The notes: generated by a model from the sequence alone, not told the origin. A stretch of 33,254 nucleotides of DNA from Octopus bimaculoides (GCF_001194135.2 NC_069003.1:2643005-2676258), one strand, 5' to 3'; counted from the stretch's first letter, positions 1-12,375 are shown. Translations and numbers: made by a program.

Positions 1-42
<42 letters not shown>

Positions 43-541
43 AAACACGCATATATTTATATTCATATGAAAATATATGCATGCATATATATACACCCCA
101 ACAGACATATATGTATCTGTGCGTAAAATGAACATATACGTAGAGGTACAGGTATGCATACAAACATTTATACATACATACATGCGTACATATATACACG
201 TACACACACACGCGCGCACGCACAAGCACATATATGCGTGAATGCACATGTGTCTGTTCAATAATGGTCGATATAGTCAATAATTTCCTATCATACCCAG
301 ATGGACATTATCATGCTCATGAACAATCACTTGTAGGTGCGCATGTATTCTTGAAGGAAATCATTTAACTTTTGATACAGACACCAGTATACACACGTTC
401 CTATATACACAAGTGCGTATACACATGCATAAATATACATTTACACACACACAAATATATATATATAGATGGCAAGATAAATAATTATGCATATATACAT
501 ATGCATGCATAAAATTTCATATACATATATATGTGTATGTA

Positions 542-580
<39 letters not shown>

Positions 581-1759
581 NNNNNNNNNNNNNNNNNNNN
601 NNNNNNNNNNNNNNNNNNNNNNNNNNNNNNNNNNNNNNNNNNNNNNNNNNNNNNNNNNNNNNNNNNNNNNNNNNNNNNNNNNNNNNNNNNNNNNNNNNNN
701 NNNNNNNNNNNNNNNNNNNNNNNNNNNNNNNNNNNNNNNNNNNNNNNNNNNNNNNNNNNNNNNNNNNNNNNNNNNNNNNNNNNNNNNNNNNNNNNNNNNN
801 NNNNNNNNNNNNNNNNNNNNNNNNNNNNNNNNNNNNNNNNNNNNNNNNNNNNNNNNNNNNNNNNNNNNNNNNNNNNNNNNNNNNNNNNNNNNNNNNNNNN
901 NNNNNNNNNNNNNNNNNNNNNNNNNNNNNNNNNNNNNNNNNNNNNNNNNNNNNNNNNNNNNNNNNNNNNNNNNNNNNNNNNNNNNNNNNNNNNNNNNNNN
1001 NNNNNNNNNNNNNNNNNNNNNNNNNNNNNNNNNNNNNNNNNNNNNNNNNNNNNNNNNNNNNNNNNNNATATATATATATATATATATAGATATAGATATA
1101 TATATATATATAGATATAGATATATTTACATATATATACGTATACGTATACATGTGTATATATACATATATATATACACATGCATATATTTATATATATA
1201 TGCTTAGATGAGTATATATATACATATGTGTGTGTGTGTGTGTATGTGTGTGTTTCTGTGTGTGCTTATATAGTTATTAAATATATGATAGCTTGAAACG
1301 AAGAGCAAGAAATCCCATCCGTCTTATGTTGTGATTACTCCAGCGGATGATGTAATGATGTGAATATTACACCATCATTTCTGTATGTTACAGCAGCGCC
1401 ACCTTATTGACTATTATAGAAAAAAAAAGGGGAGAGAATAAATCAAGAAGCATAGAGAAAAATGTCTTCACTCAAGTTTAGTTAATAAGAATTTCAAAGC
1501 CTAATCTGAAACTGTATCGAAATGAAGTCTTGGTCGAAAATTAAAATGATGGCAGATGTAACTTGTATATTTGTGTGTGTGTGTGTGTTTAAGTGTTTGT
1601 GTGTGTGTGTGTTTAAGTGTTTGTGTGTGTGTGTGTGTGTCTGTGTTTGAACAATGGAAGTCGCCTATCATAATCGCAAATAGTGTTAATAAACGGCTGC
1701 TCTTATAAGAATTTGTTGGTCTTAAAGTGTTTAAGATGAATTATCGGGTGATTATCGTT

Positions 1760-1915
1760 ATCGGACAAGTGCTTTGTTTTACAACCACGCGGTCTCGGTT
1801 TGGTTTCCGTCCCACATCGTAGCACCTTAGGCAAATATTTTCTGCTATTGCCCCGCCCGACCCACGAACGCTTGGTGAATGAATTTGGTCGACGGAAACT
1901 GTGTCAATCCCATCC
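1760..1915 (+). mobile_element. Degenerate family B SINE 5' half
   Basis: ACAACCACGCGG...GCACCTTAGGCAAAT...GAATTTGGTCGACGGAAACTG aligns with 22180-22310. Confidence 0.65.
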
Positions 1916-1946
1916 GAGACGATTTTCCTCTCCGACAGACACAACT

Positions 1947-2073
1947 TTTACATTTTACTCTTTTACTTGTTTCAAACAGACTACGGCCGAGCTGGGGCAC
2001 CACCCCGAATTATTTTAGTTTAGTCGAATGAATTGATCCCATTATTTAGTCTTTTAAGCCTGATACTTATTCT
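1947..2073 (-). mobile_element. Family B SINE 3' fragment
   Basis: TTTTACTCTTTTACTTGTTTC...AGACTACGGCC...GCTGGGGCACC...AAGCCTGATACTTATTCTA is the reverse of the tail at 22450-22564. Confidence 0.8.
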
Positions 2074-2084
2074 ACAACAAAGAC

Positions 2085-2225
2085 GAGGTCTGAAATTTTG
2101 AGCGAAGTGGGTTAGTCGATAACCTCGACTCCCCCCCCACTTTCCTATCTGACTGGTACTTCATGTATTTGACATGACGAACGCAAAGTTGGTCTCGAGG
2201 GTATTTGAACTCAGAACTTACGGGG
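2085..2225 (-). mobile_element. Degenerate family A SINE fragment
   Basis: GGTCTGAAATTTT...TAGTCGATAACCTCGAC...ACTGGTACTT...ATTTGAACTCAGAAC is homologous to 17155-17270. Confidence 0.65.
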
Positions 2226-2678
2226 CCTCAAAATAAATAAATAATAATAATTGTCACAAGGCATTGAAAGCATCACATACGCCGAATCATTAATAACAGC
2301 AATTAAAAAATCTCTGACAGAGAGCAAGTAACAAATTTCCAAATGACGAAGTAACTACAAAATATTTAAAAGAAATTATGAAAGGGTTGGATAAAAAAAA
2401 AACGAAATCATAAACTTAAGAACAATCATTAATAAAGTGAAATTCCTGGAAATGAGGAAAATAAAAGAAGGCGGAGAAAAAAAATCTAACGTTGATTCGC
2501 CATTTTCCTAAACGCTTGGCTTCGTTCCAGCTTTCAAACAATTAAATCCTCATCAAAACCCAAATGATTAGTTCTGCCTCTTTAGCACCCTCCCCACCCC
2601 CACCAGCTGACCCTAACCGTTTTTTTCATACATTAGGTCATCGACCCCATTACCACATACGGCCATCGTTGCCATCGT

Positions 2679-2985
2679 CCTTCTCTTCTTCTCCCCCTCC
2701 TCCTCCTCCTCCTCCTCTTCTTCTTCTTCCTCCTCCTGTTCGCTATCTTCCTCCTCCCTGTCATTAACGGCTCCATCATCATCATAATCATCATCAAGCA
2801 CCATGGCTCTTCTCGATCAGGAGTCCGGCCTTAAAAAAAGAAAAAAAATCAACATTAAATGATCACCAATAATTACATCATCATCATCATCATCATCGCC
2901 ACCATAATCATAAAGATGATGATGGTCATCGTCGTCGTCATCGTCACCGTCAACACTTTCATCATCGTCATCGTCATCGTCATCG

Positions 2986-3042
<57 letters not shown>

Positions 3043-3345
3043 GTAGCAAAAATAGTTGCAGTAACAAAAGCGGTAGTAGCAGCAGTAGCAGCATAACGGC
3101 AGCAGCAGCAGCAACAACAAACATTATCATAATTACCATCACGATAATAATAATCATCTCGTCGTCCCTAACACCTCCACCACTACCACCAGCACAACCC
3201 CTCTTCACCGTTGCTGCTGCCGCCGCAACTGCAACTACCACCACCNNNNNNNNNNNNNNNNNNNNNNNNNNNNNNNNNNNNNNNNNNNNNNNNNNNNNNN
3301 NNNNNNNNNNNNNNNNNNNNNNNNNNCACCACCACCGCTGTCGCT
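2679..3345. repeat. Compound trinucleotide microsatellite field (CCT/CTT, CAT/CGT, CAG, CAC)
   Basis: Directly visible; contains the gap at 3246-3326. Source of the poly-I/M/S/A ORFs. Confidence 0.95.
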
Positions 3346-3370
3346 GTTCCCCCATCCTCCCCTGCACAAT

Positions 3371-3555
3371 CATTTGATAACCGATGCTGGTGTGTTTATG
3401 TCCTTGCATCGTTGTGGTTCGGTAAAGAGGAGAATAATTCTAGGCTTACAAAGAATAAATTCCTGGGGGGTCGATTTCTTTGACTAAAACCTTCGAAGAC
3501 GTTACTCCAGTATGGTCGCAGTCAAACGACTGAAACAAGTAAACGAATAAAAGAA
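3371..3555 (+). mobile_element. Family B SINE 3' half
   Basis: TTGATAACCGATGCTGGTGTGTTTA...TAGGCTTACAAAGAATAAATTCCTGGGGGGTCGATTTCTTTGACT...GACTGAAACAAGTAAA matches 22380-22560. Confidence 0.85.
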
Positions 3556-4028
3556 CTACAAGCGTAAATGAACTAAATTTGCTTCCGCCGAGAATCGAAA
3601 CTGGGCCTCATTCATTCATTCTGCTTTTATAAACTTTATTTTATGTGGTTGATGTTTTCGCGTCTTTAAAAATAAGAAACACATCAAGGAACTCTTCTCT
3701 TGCATTGTACGGAATAGCAATGCGATATCTGGTGGTGGAGGAAGTTTAATGGCGGTGTTGGTGTTGGCGTGGGCGGTGGTGGTAGCGGTGGTGAAGGCGC
3801 ATGGTGGTGTTGTTGGCGGTGGGAGGGGTGGGGGTGTCGAAGCGTAGCCTCTGTTTGATGAATATCCAATGTACTTGGTCATGAATAATGGATATCAACT
3901 TTTCATGTTGTGACGTCCATGGCGCATGCGCGGCGTACATAATGAACAGGTGCGTACGTATATTGTATACTGTATGTGTGTATCATTATATGTTGGATAT
4001 GATTAACCGTATATATATGTGTGTGTGT

Positions 4029-4067
<39 letters not shown>

Positions 4068-4433
4068 CGCATATGTAAATATCTATATACATCAATAAAT
4101 ATGTATGTATGTATATATACATGTGTATATAATGTTTGTGCGTGTATGTGCGTGTGTTGTCTTTAATGAAGGCGATTGTGCTTGTGTGCGATGTATATAT
4201 AATTAGTTGATGCATTTTCATGTAAGTGCCTCAATGTATGTTCGTATAAACGAAATGCGGGCAGATATGCTACCGTTTGATAACATGCACACAACCATAC
4301 ACACACACACACACACACACACATTATTTATATCATATGTATATATGCATAGATATATGTTATATATATTCACATAAATATGTATATATGTATATATATA
4401 TATATATATGTATGCACACACACACACACACAT

Positions 4434-4485
<52 letters not shown>

Positions 4486-5048
4486 NNNNNNNNNNNNNNN
4501 NNNNNNNNNNNNNNNNNNNNNNNNNNNNNNNNNNNNNNNNNNNNNNNNNNNNNNNNNNNNNNNNNNNNNNNNNNNNNNNNNNNNNNNNNNNNNNNNNNNN
4601 NNNNNNNNNNNNNNNNNNNNNNNNNNNNNNNNNNNNNNNNNNNNNNNNNNNNNNNNNNNNNNNNNNNNNNNNNNNNNNNNNNNNNNNNNNNNNNNNNNNN
4701 NNNNNNNNNNNNNNNNNNNNNNNNNNNNNNNNNNNNNNNNNNNNNNNNNNNNNNNNNNNNNNNNNNNNNNNNNNNNNNNNNNNNNNNNNNNNNNNNNNNN
4801 NNNNNNNNNNNNNNNNNNNNNNNNNNNNNNNNNNNNNNNNNNNNNNNNNNNNNNNNNNNNNNNNNNNNNNNNNNNNNNNNNNNNNNNNNNNNNNNNNNNN
4901 NNNNNNNNNNNNNNNNNNNNNNNNNNNNNNNNNNNNNNNNNNNNNNNNNNNNNNNNNNNNNNNNNNNNNNNNNNNNNNNNNNNNNNNNNNNNNNNNNNNN
5001 NNNNNNNNNNNNNNNNNNNNNNNNNNNNNNNNNNNNNNNNNNNNNNNN

Positions 5049-5085
<37 letters not shown>

Positions 5086-5249
5086 ATGTATGTATGTATG
5101 TATGTATGTATGTATGTATGTATGTATGTATATAAAACTTGTCATATGATTTCTTTGCTAGGCTGAAGGTACAACAACTAGCTGTTCTCTGTACTCACAA
5201 AAGGACTGTAGGGAACGGCCAAACTTCTTTTGTAAACAAGTGACGGGCC

Positions 5250-5560
5250 AACCATCAGAAATAGAAACAGTCGGCGAACAAAGAAAAAGAAAATAGCTGG
5301 AATAGAAATGTCGAACAACACAGACAATATTGTCGAAACGAACAGCACAAAGATTTGAATGAAGCAGCCAAAACAGCAAGCAATGCACAAGAATGAATAA
5401 AAACCTAACCAAACAAAAATAGAACTATTAAAAGCTAACTTCAGGAACAATAATAGCGACAATATTTTTAAGTCAGTCCGTGAAATGGAAAGAAAGAGTA
5501 TAAAAATATATACAGTTGAATAAAAGAGATGAAAACTGTTAATATAAATACGAACACAAC
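5250..5560 (+). pseudogene. Possible decayed RTE-like LINE ORF2 linker fragment
   Basis: A-rich plus strand with short peptides (RQYCRNEQHKDLNEAAK; NNSDNIFKSVREMERK; KRDEN) loosely recalling the EN-RT linker of RTE LINEs. No catalytic motif and many stops. Confidence 0.22.
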
Positions 5561-5629
5561 GGAAAATGAGTTTCGTAGACATTCTTGTTGTGGTAATTGT
5601 TTCAATTTTGGCGCAAAACCAGCGGTTTT

Positions 5630-5705
5630 AGAGGGAAAAAAGGCTTTAGTCGATTATATAAACTTCAGTACCGGAGTGGTACTTCGTTTTATCGTTCACC
5701 GAGGG
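5630..5705 (-). mobile_element. Very degenerate family A SINE fragment
   Basis: TAGTCGATTATAT...CAGTACCGGAGTGGTACTT...TTTATCG is loosely homologous to 17180-17220. Confidence 0.45.
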
Positions 5706-5897
5706 TACTTTGTGAACGACGAAAATGATGTTTCACGGTGGGAAGAAATCCTGAATAGATTTAGAAAGACGAATAGTAAGAGAGGAGTTGGATATCGACC
5801 GGGTGGCTGAGCGTCCGGTGCGAAAAAGGTAGAAAAATGGGAAAATTGGCCGCGGGTTACGTGTGAATGGTAGATAGAGGGGAAGGAGGATAAGAAA

Positions 5898-5950
<53 letters not shown>

Positions 5951-6651
5951 NNNNNNNNNNNNNNNNNNNNNNNNNNNNNNNNNNNNNNNNNNNNNNNNNN
6001 NNNNNNNNNNNNNNNNNNNNNNNNNNNNNNNNNNNNNNNNNNNNNNNNNNNNNNNNNNNNNNNNNNNNNNNNNNNNNNNNNNNNNNNNNNNNNNNNNNNN
6101 NNNNNNNNNNNNNNNNNNNNNNNNNNNNNNNNNNNNNNNNNNNNNNNNNNNNNNNNNNNNNNNNNNNNNNNNNNNNNNNNNNNNNNNNNNNNNNNNNNNN
6201 NNNNNNNNNNNNNATATATAGGAAAAACTTACTGTTTATAAAAGTCGGGATACGTGTCGTTCAGTTGCACAGTAAATGAAAACTGCATCGAATACACAAC
6301 GCTAGCTAAACAACGTACACGTATAACAGGCACGGAAGGACTCTAATTCTTCATCAGTTATCGACCGAATGGTAATATTCGGTTTCATGCCTTTAATGAC
6401 AATATTGAGAACTTCGCATATCTGCGACACACGCAAAATTTGCGGAGAATTAGGGTTTCGATCGAACGAAACGATACAGAGTGGACGCAGAAAAGTAAGC
6501 GCTAAAACGTTAAATACGGAAATCGCTTGCATATCTATAAAAGCAACGCCTACACACATTTTGTGAAATCTCTTCCCAATGGTTAGTATCTTTCTATTTT
6601 CTAAAATGGTACATTTCTCGATCTTAACTCTTTGAGAAAAAATCTCTCGAA

Positions 6652-6691
<40 letters not shown>

Positions 6692-7488
6692 NNNNNNNNN
6701 NNNNNNNNNNNNNNNNNNNNNNNNNNNNNNNNNNNNNNNNNNNNNNNNNNNNNNNNNNNNNNNNNNNNNNNNNNNNNNNNNNNNNNNNNNNNNNNNNNNN
6801 NNNNNNNNNNNNNNNNNNNNNNNNNNNNNNNNNNNNNNNNNNNNNNNNNNNNNNNNNNNNNNNNNNNNNNNNNNNNNNNNNNNNNNNNNNNNNNNNNNNN
6901 NNNNNNNNNNNNNNNNNNNNNNNNNNNNNNNNNNNNNNNNNNNNNNNNNNNNNNNNNNNNNNNNNNNNNNNNNNNNNNNNNNNNNNNNNNNNNNNNNNNN
7001 NNNNNNNNNNNNNNNNNNNNNNNNNNNNNNNNNNNNNNNNNNNNNNNNNNNNNNNNNNNNNNNNNNNNNNNNNNNNNNNNNNNNNNNNNNNNNNNNNNNN
7101 NNNNNNNNNNNNNNNNNNNNNNNNNNNNNNNNNNNNNNNNNNNNNNNNNNNNNNNNNNNNNNNNNNNNNNNNNNNNNNNNNNNNNNNNNNNNNNNNNNNN
7201 NNNNNNNNNNNNNNNNNNNNNNNNNNNNNNNNNNNNNNNNNNNNNNNNNNNNNNNNNNNNNNNNNNNATATATATATATATATATATATACATACATACA
7301 TATATACATACATATATATACATATATATGTGTGAGTGTGTGTGTGTTATTTACGTGGATAGGAAATGTATTTAATGAATGTGAATGACTGTATGTTTAT
7401 GTAGTACACATCATGTGATCAGCTTCTGTGCTTTGAAGCATCTATTTAAATGAGAGCTGTTATGGCGAAAAGCGCGCTGATATTTGTT

Positions 7489-7526
7489 GCATGGCCACAG
7501 TCCAATGACTAAAACAAATAAAAGAT
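7489..7526 (+). mobile_element. Family B SINE extreme 3' fragment
   Basis: GCATGGCCACAGTCCAATGACTAAAACAAATAAAAGA matches the tail at 22519-22556. Confidence 0.6.
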
Positions 7527-7545
7527 ATTAAATATATGTATATAT

Positions 7546-7840
7546 GGAGGTGCAATGGCCCAGTGGTTAGGGCAGTGGACTCGCGGTCGGAGGATCGCGG
7601 TTTTGATTGCCAGACCGGGCGTTGTGCGTGTGTGTTTATTGAGCGAAAACACCTAAAGCTCCACGAGGCTCCGGCAGGGAGTGGTGGCGACCCCTGTTGT
7701 ACTCTTTCGCCCCAACTTTCTCGCACTCTTTCTCCCTGTTTTTTTTTTTTAGTAAAGCTGCGATGGACTGGCGTGCCGTCCATCTGGGGAGGGGAACACA
7801 TCCGCCACAGAAACCGGGAAACCGGGCCCATGAGCCTGGG
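7546..7840 (+). mobile_element. tRNA-SINE family D
   Basis: A box TGGCCCAGTGG; GAGCGAAAACACCTAAAGCTCCAC, ACTCTTTCGCC and CTGCGATGGACTGGCG...GAAACCGGGAAACCGG are collinear with 25691-25998. Confidence 0.88.
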
Positions 7841-8594
7841 TTTATTACTTGATATGTGTGCGCATGCGTATATACTTATCTATGAGGAACTATTATATAT
7901 ATTGCTATGAAAGTACAGACACATACATTCGTACATACATACACACATACATACATACATACATACATACATACAAATAGACATACCCACGCAAACACAC
8001 GCCTACGCGCGCGCATAATTATATCAATGCGTACGCTGGCTTTCACATGTGTTTGTTTGTAAGCGTGTGTGTGTGTGCGTGCGTTTGTATGTATGTGTAA
8101 ATGCAATAATATTTTCCTTTGTAATTGTATGTATTAGCTATACCAATAAAGCATATATTTTATAGGATTTTGTTCGTATATTGGATTTAAAAATGAACAT
8201 AATCCAGCCACACAACCATCAACAGCGAACAACAATTGAATAAAATATATTGGCTTATCGAATTGCTGCTATAGCAAATTTTATGCACTGCAAATTTTAA
8301 CCAAATCTTGCCTACAGACGATAGATATCTGACAAAAGAACTCAGTGAGTACCCATGCAACAAGATTTACCACCATAATTTCGTCATATTTCAATAGCAT
8401 TTCGCTTCACAATCTTCTATAGTTTCAAACTTCAAATAATTCGGTTGGGTTTTCGATTCTTAGTATTCTTGAAAAAGGGTACTTTCACTCGAAATATCGG
8501 ATTAATAAGTGTTTTTCTGCCCAAAGCTTCATCTTTGCTCATCTTTATATTTAATAATTCCGCAAATTAATTTGATGATTCCGCAAATATCGGT

Positions 8595-8802
8595 TTCCAA
8601 TTTTAGTACAAGGCCAATAGTTTCGTGGGTGGGGGTAAGTCGACTGCATCGATTCCAGTGTCCAACTGGTACATGTTTCATCAACCCCAAAAATATGAAA
8701 GGCAACGTTGACCTCGGCGGAATTTGAACTTAGGATGTAATGACGGACAAAGTGCTGCTAATCAGTTTGCTCTGCGTGCTAACGATTCTGTCGGCTCACC
8801 AC
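8595..8802 (-). mobile_element. Family A SINE (diverged)
   Basis: TGAAAGGCAACGTTGACCTCGGCGGAATTTGAACT...GTGCTAACGATTCTG is a reverse homolog of 18614-18825. Confidence 0.85.
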
Positions 8803-8822
8803 TTTATAAACTCACAAACATT

Positions 8823-9034
8823 CTTTCCTACTTTAGGCACATGGGCCATAAGTTTTGGGGAGGGGTGTCCAGTCAATTAGATCGGCCCAGTACGCAACTG
8901 GTTCTTAATTTACCGACCCCGAAACAATGAAAGGCAAAGTAGACCTCGGCGGAATTTGAATTCAGAACGTAACGGCAGAAGAAATACCGCTAAGCATTTC
9001 GCCAGGCATGCTAACGTTTCTGCCAGCTCACCGC
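8823..9034 (-). mobile_element. Family A SINE
   Basis: ATGAAAGGCAAAGTAGACCTCGGCGGAATTTGAATTCAGAACG...GAAATACCGCTAAGCATTTCGCCAGGCATGCTAACGTTTCTGCCAGCTCACCGC. Confidence 0.9.
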
Positions 9035-9182
9035 TTTGCTTTGTGAAAATATTAGCAATGATTATAACCAACGATTAATTTAGTTTTAAAGAATCCCTAA
9101 TGACTCCAAAATTCGTAAATATATTTACTAAATATATTTGAAAATATAACAAGAAATAAAAAGGTAAAAGTATATTTTTATA

Positions 9183-9250
9183 GGCGCCGGTTTGGCTGTG
9201 TGGTAAGTAGGTTGCTTCCCAACCAAGTGGGTCTGGGTTCAGTCCCGCTG
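9183..9250 (+). mobile_element. Family B SINE tRNA head only
   Basis: GGCGCCGGTTTGGCTGTGTGGTAAGTAGGTTGCTTCCCAACC...GGGTTCAGTCCC has A and B boxes and is homologous to 22150-22215. Confidence 0.8.
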
Positions 9251-9405
9251 TCGATCCCAGTACACAACTGGTACTTATTTTATCGACTCCGGAAGGTTGA
9301 AAGGAAAAATAGGCCTCGGTGGGATGTGATTTCAGAAAGTAAAGACGGACGAATTTCCGCTAAGTATTTTGGCTTGTGTGCTAACGATTCTGCCAGCTCG
9401 CAGCC
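9251..9405 (-). mobile_element. Family A SINE, 3'-truncated
   Basis: CCCAGTACACAACTGGTACTTATTTTATCGAC...GTGCTAACGATTCTGCCAGCTCGC. Confidence 0.85.
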
Positions 9406-9629
9406 TTGGCTAACATAATAAATTAACAGAATAATTGATACAATGAAGTAGCTCACAAGGGACTGTATTAGTCTGACCTCCGACCGCTTACAGTAATTTC
9501 TCGAGTAAATTATAATCATAGTCACAATTTATTTTCTACTGTCGTCACCTCTTTTTTTAATTTTATCCGATTCCCTTTGCAGAGCGATCCCTCACTTGCT
9601 TCATATCACACGCTGCATCTCACATTTGA

Positions 9630-9856
9630 TCTTCTTCTTCTCTCTCTGTTTCGCACTCTGACACTCTCCGTCTTTCACTGTCTCTCCCTATCTTCATATC
9701 GACACTTCTATATTTCTGTTTGATTCCTCTCTCTCTCAGAAGTACAATCTCTATCACTGTTGCTCTCATTTGCACACTCTGTTTGTCTTCTTTCTTCCCA
9801 TTCTCTTTCATTCACTCACATCCTCCATCTTGTCTCTCTGTCTCTGTCTGTCTGTC

Positions 9857-9903
<47 letters not shown>

Positions 9904-10250
9904 CACTACACCATCTTTCTCCCAATCACGATCTTTCTGCTTTCGCCCTTTCCACCCTCGATTTCCACCCTCCTCCCCTCACAACCGGTAATCTCTCCTC
10001 CCATCCTCTGATTCGTCCTCTACCCATCCACCCTCTCTCTTACCCATTCAATTCTCTCATCTCCTCTCATTCATCTCTTTTCTTCTACCCTGCCTATCTA
10101 CCCTGCCTATCTATCATCCACCTTCCCAATCTTTCAGTTTTTCCATCTAACATCTTCTCCATCCGCTCTCCCCATCTCTACTCCCAATCTACCCGTATTC
10201 CACCCCGTTATCCATTATCTCAAATAACTCTATCTTGCATACAAAGATGG
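9630..10250. repeat. Pyrimidine-rich (CT) low-complexity tract
   Basis: About 600 bp strongly C/T-biased around a (TC)n core. A similar tract lies at 32850-33050. Confidence 0.85.
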
Positions 10251-10333
10251 ATAATGCAATCATAACATTCTGACTTTTCCGACTTTCATAAATCAGTTTT
10301 AGTTGTATGTATGTATGTATGTATGTATGTTGT

Positions 10334-10570
10334 GAAGGCACGTGGCTTAGTGGTTAGGGTGTTTGGCTCAAAATCGTAAGGTTGTGAGTTCGATTCCTGG
10401 CAGCGCACTGTGTCCTCGAGCAAGACACTTTATTTCACGTTGCCCCAGTCCACTCAGCTGGCAAAAATGAGTTGTACCTGTATTTCAAAGGACCAGACTT
10501 GTCCCATTCTGTGTCAAGCTGAATCTCCTCGAGAACTACGTTAACGGTACATGTGTCTGTGGAGTACTCA
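10334..10570 (+). mobile_element. tRNA-SINE family E (CORE-like centre), 3'-truncated
   Basis: A box TGGCTTAGTGG, B box GAGTTCGATTCC (10386-10397), then GTGTCCTCGAGCAAGACACTTTATTTCACGTTGCCCCAGTCCACTCAGCTGGCAAAAATGAG, alignable to the recalled MIR CORE consensus. Homologous to 29175-29487. Confidence 0.88.
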
Positions 10571-10865
10571 TTTGCCAAAATATGTATATAATACAAACTT
10601 ACAAATACACACATGCACGCACACACGTGCTCATATGTACAAGCATATATACGTACATACACTGGGTAAAAGAAAATACAGGAGGATCAGTTAATTATGA
10701 TTTTATTCAACATATTCCCTTCTCAAATTCGCACACTTATTGCAGAGGTCCTTCAGTTTTTCTCAGCCTTGTAAAAGACGCCAGAAGCTTGGGCCTCCAG
10801 CCAGACCTTTAGCGACGCCCTCAGAGCCAGGAACTTTTCCTGGTGTATACACACNNNNNNNNNNN

Positions 10866-10919
<54 letters not shown>

Positions 10920-11066
10920 TATATATATGTATATATATATATATATATACAGATATGCTTTTATGTGTTATGCGTAAATACATTACTCAATATCTCCATA
11001 TGTGCTAGAATTTGAGTGCGTGATAGATTGACTTTGATGCTACAAAATAAGCACTCAAACACGTGC

Positions 11067-11100
<34 letters not shown>

Positions 11101-11302
11101 ACACATACACACTCACGACCCATATACACGCACATACATACATGCATACATACACACATACATTAAACACACACCTCCCCGCAAAATCCTACTAGATTTC
11201 AATGAACAAAAACGACTTACAAAACTACTGCTTTTTTCTCACACTCACTCCTTCCCGTTTATTTCAGCATTATTAAATATAATATTACCATTACCATTAT
11301 CC

Positions 11303-11381
<79 letters not shown>

Positions 11382-11451
11382 CATCGTCATCGTTATCCGG
11401 CTTCCTTGATATTTCAACCACTCAAAGCTAGCCAGAGGCAACTGTCTGCTT

Positions 11452-11507
11452 CAGATGCAAACTGCTAATTTATAGGTTTTCACTGAAGCTCCTTCATCAG
11501 GAATCCG
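11452..11507 (-). ncRNA. Degenerate hammerhead-ribozyme-like motif (type I topology), probably a non-functional relic
   Basis: Minus strand: CGGATTC-CTGATGA-AGGAGCTTCAGT-GAAA-ACCTATAAATTAGCAGTT-T-GCATCTG. Core boxes are in order, stem I pairs 6 of 7 (one G-U), stem III has 3 bp plus 2 bp after a bulge, but stem II essentially fails to pair. Confidence 0.28.
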
Positions 11508-12145
11508 TTTATACTTAGCAATGCTGTTACTAGACACGCACGCACGCATACACATACACATATATATGTATGCATTTCCTCGTATTTATGAAGCAGAAGG
11601 TTTTGATTTTATAGATCAGAATGCTCTGATCTCTTAATCTCTTCATGTTCTCTCTTCGTGAGATATTTCATGACTATTCCTTCCTGCTAAATTTATTGAT
11701 TTTGATTTACTTGTTCCCTGCCGAGTTTTCTTAAATAAACTGTTCACACTTGAATACGACATCCATACGATGACTNNNNNNNNNNNNNNNNNNNNNNNNN
11801 NNNNNNNNNNNNNNNNNNNNNNNNNNNNNNNNNNNNNNNNNNNNNNNNNNNNNNNNNNNNNNNNNNNNNNNNNNNNNNNNNNNNNNNNNNNNNNNNNNNN
11901 NNNNNNNNNNNNNNNNNNNNNNNNNNNNNNNNNNNNNNNNNNNNNNNNNNNNNNNNNNNNNNNNNNNNNNNNNNNNNNNNNNNNNNNNNNNNNNNNNNNN
12001 NNNNNNNNNNNNNNNNNNNNNNNNNNNNNNNNNNNNNNNNNNNNNNNNNNNNNNNNNNNNNNNNNNNNNNNNNNNNNNNNNNNNNNNNNNNNNNNNNNNN
12101 NNNNNNNNNNNNNNNNNNNNNNNNNNNNNNNTATATATATATATA

Positions 12146-12375
12146 TTAGGTTGGTGCATAATTATTGCGGTTTTTTTTTTTTCAATAAATTTTATTCAAC
12201 AAAATATTCAAAGAAAACGCCAATTTAAACAAAACGCCGAGCAGAAATTGAAGTAGATGGTGAATATGCTTCGATATAATCATTTAAAGATGTTTTTGTT
12301 AAAAGTTGGTATTGTTTTTGTTGAATCAAATTTATTGCAAAAAAAAAAAGCCGCAAGAATTATGCACCAACCTAA
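12146..12375. mobile_element. 230-bp mariner-derived MITE (internally deleted element)
   Basis: TIRs are TTAGGTTGGTGCATAATTATTGCGG and CCGCAAGAATTATGCACCAACCTAA, with TA on both sides (12144-45, 12376-77). Imperfect inverted symmetry extends to about 60 bp. Internal 12241-12279 reads AEIEVDGEYASI*, resembling a mariner C-terminus. The TIR resembles the recalled Hsmar1/MADE1 TIR. Confidence 0.93.

Noticed and set aside
301-336. Possible 36-nt symmetric micro-exon (cag|ATGGACATT...GTAG|gtgcgc) and a similar CAGATGGA[AC]ATTA[CT]CAT after a strong acceptor at about 18120
   Set aside because: The donor is weak, the peptide is unrecognisable, and a 15/17 match is expected by chance in AT-rich DNA. 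RNA-seq would be needed.
2564-2612. TGATTAGTTC...CAGCTGA shared with 27328-27344, both preceding compound microsatellites
   Set aside because: A 10-mer match is expected by chance and the flanks do not align.
9720-10265. 181-aa S/L/P/H-rich ORF
   Set aside because: The CT-rich tract lacks stop codons by composition and shows no domain.
11613-11632. Perfect 8-bp hairpin AGATCAGA-ATGC-TCTGATCT
   Set aside because: It is a single short stem without further structure and is compatible with chance in 29 kb.
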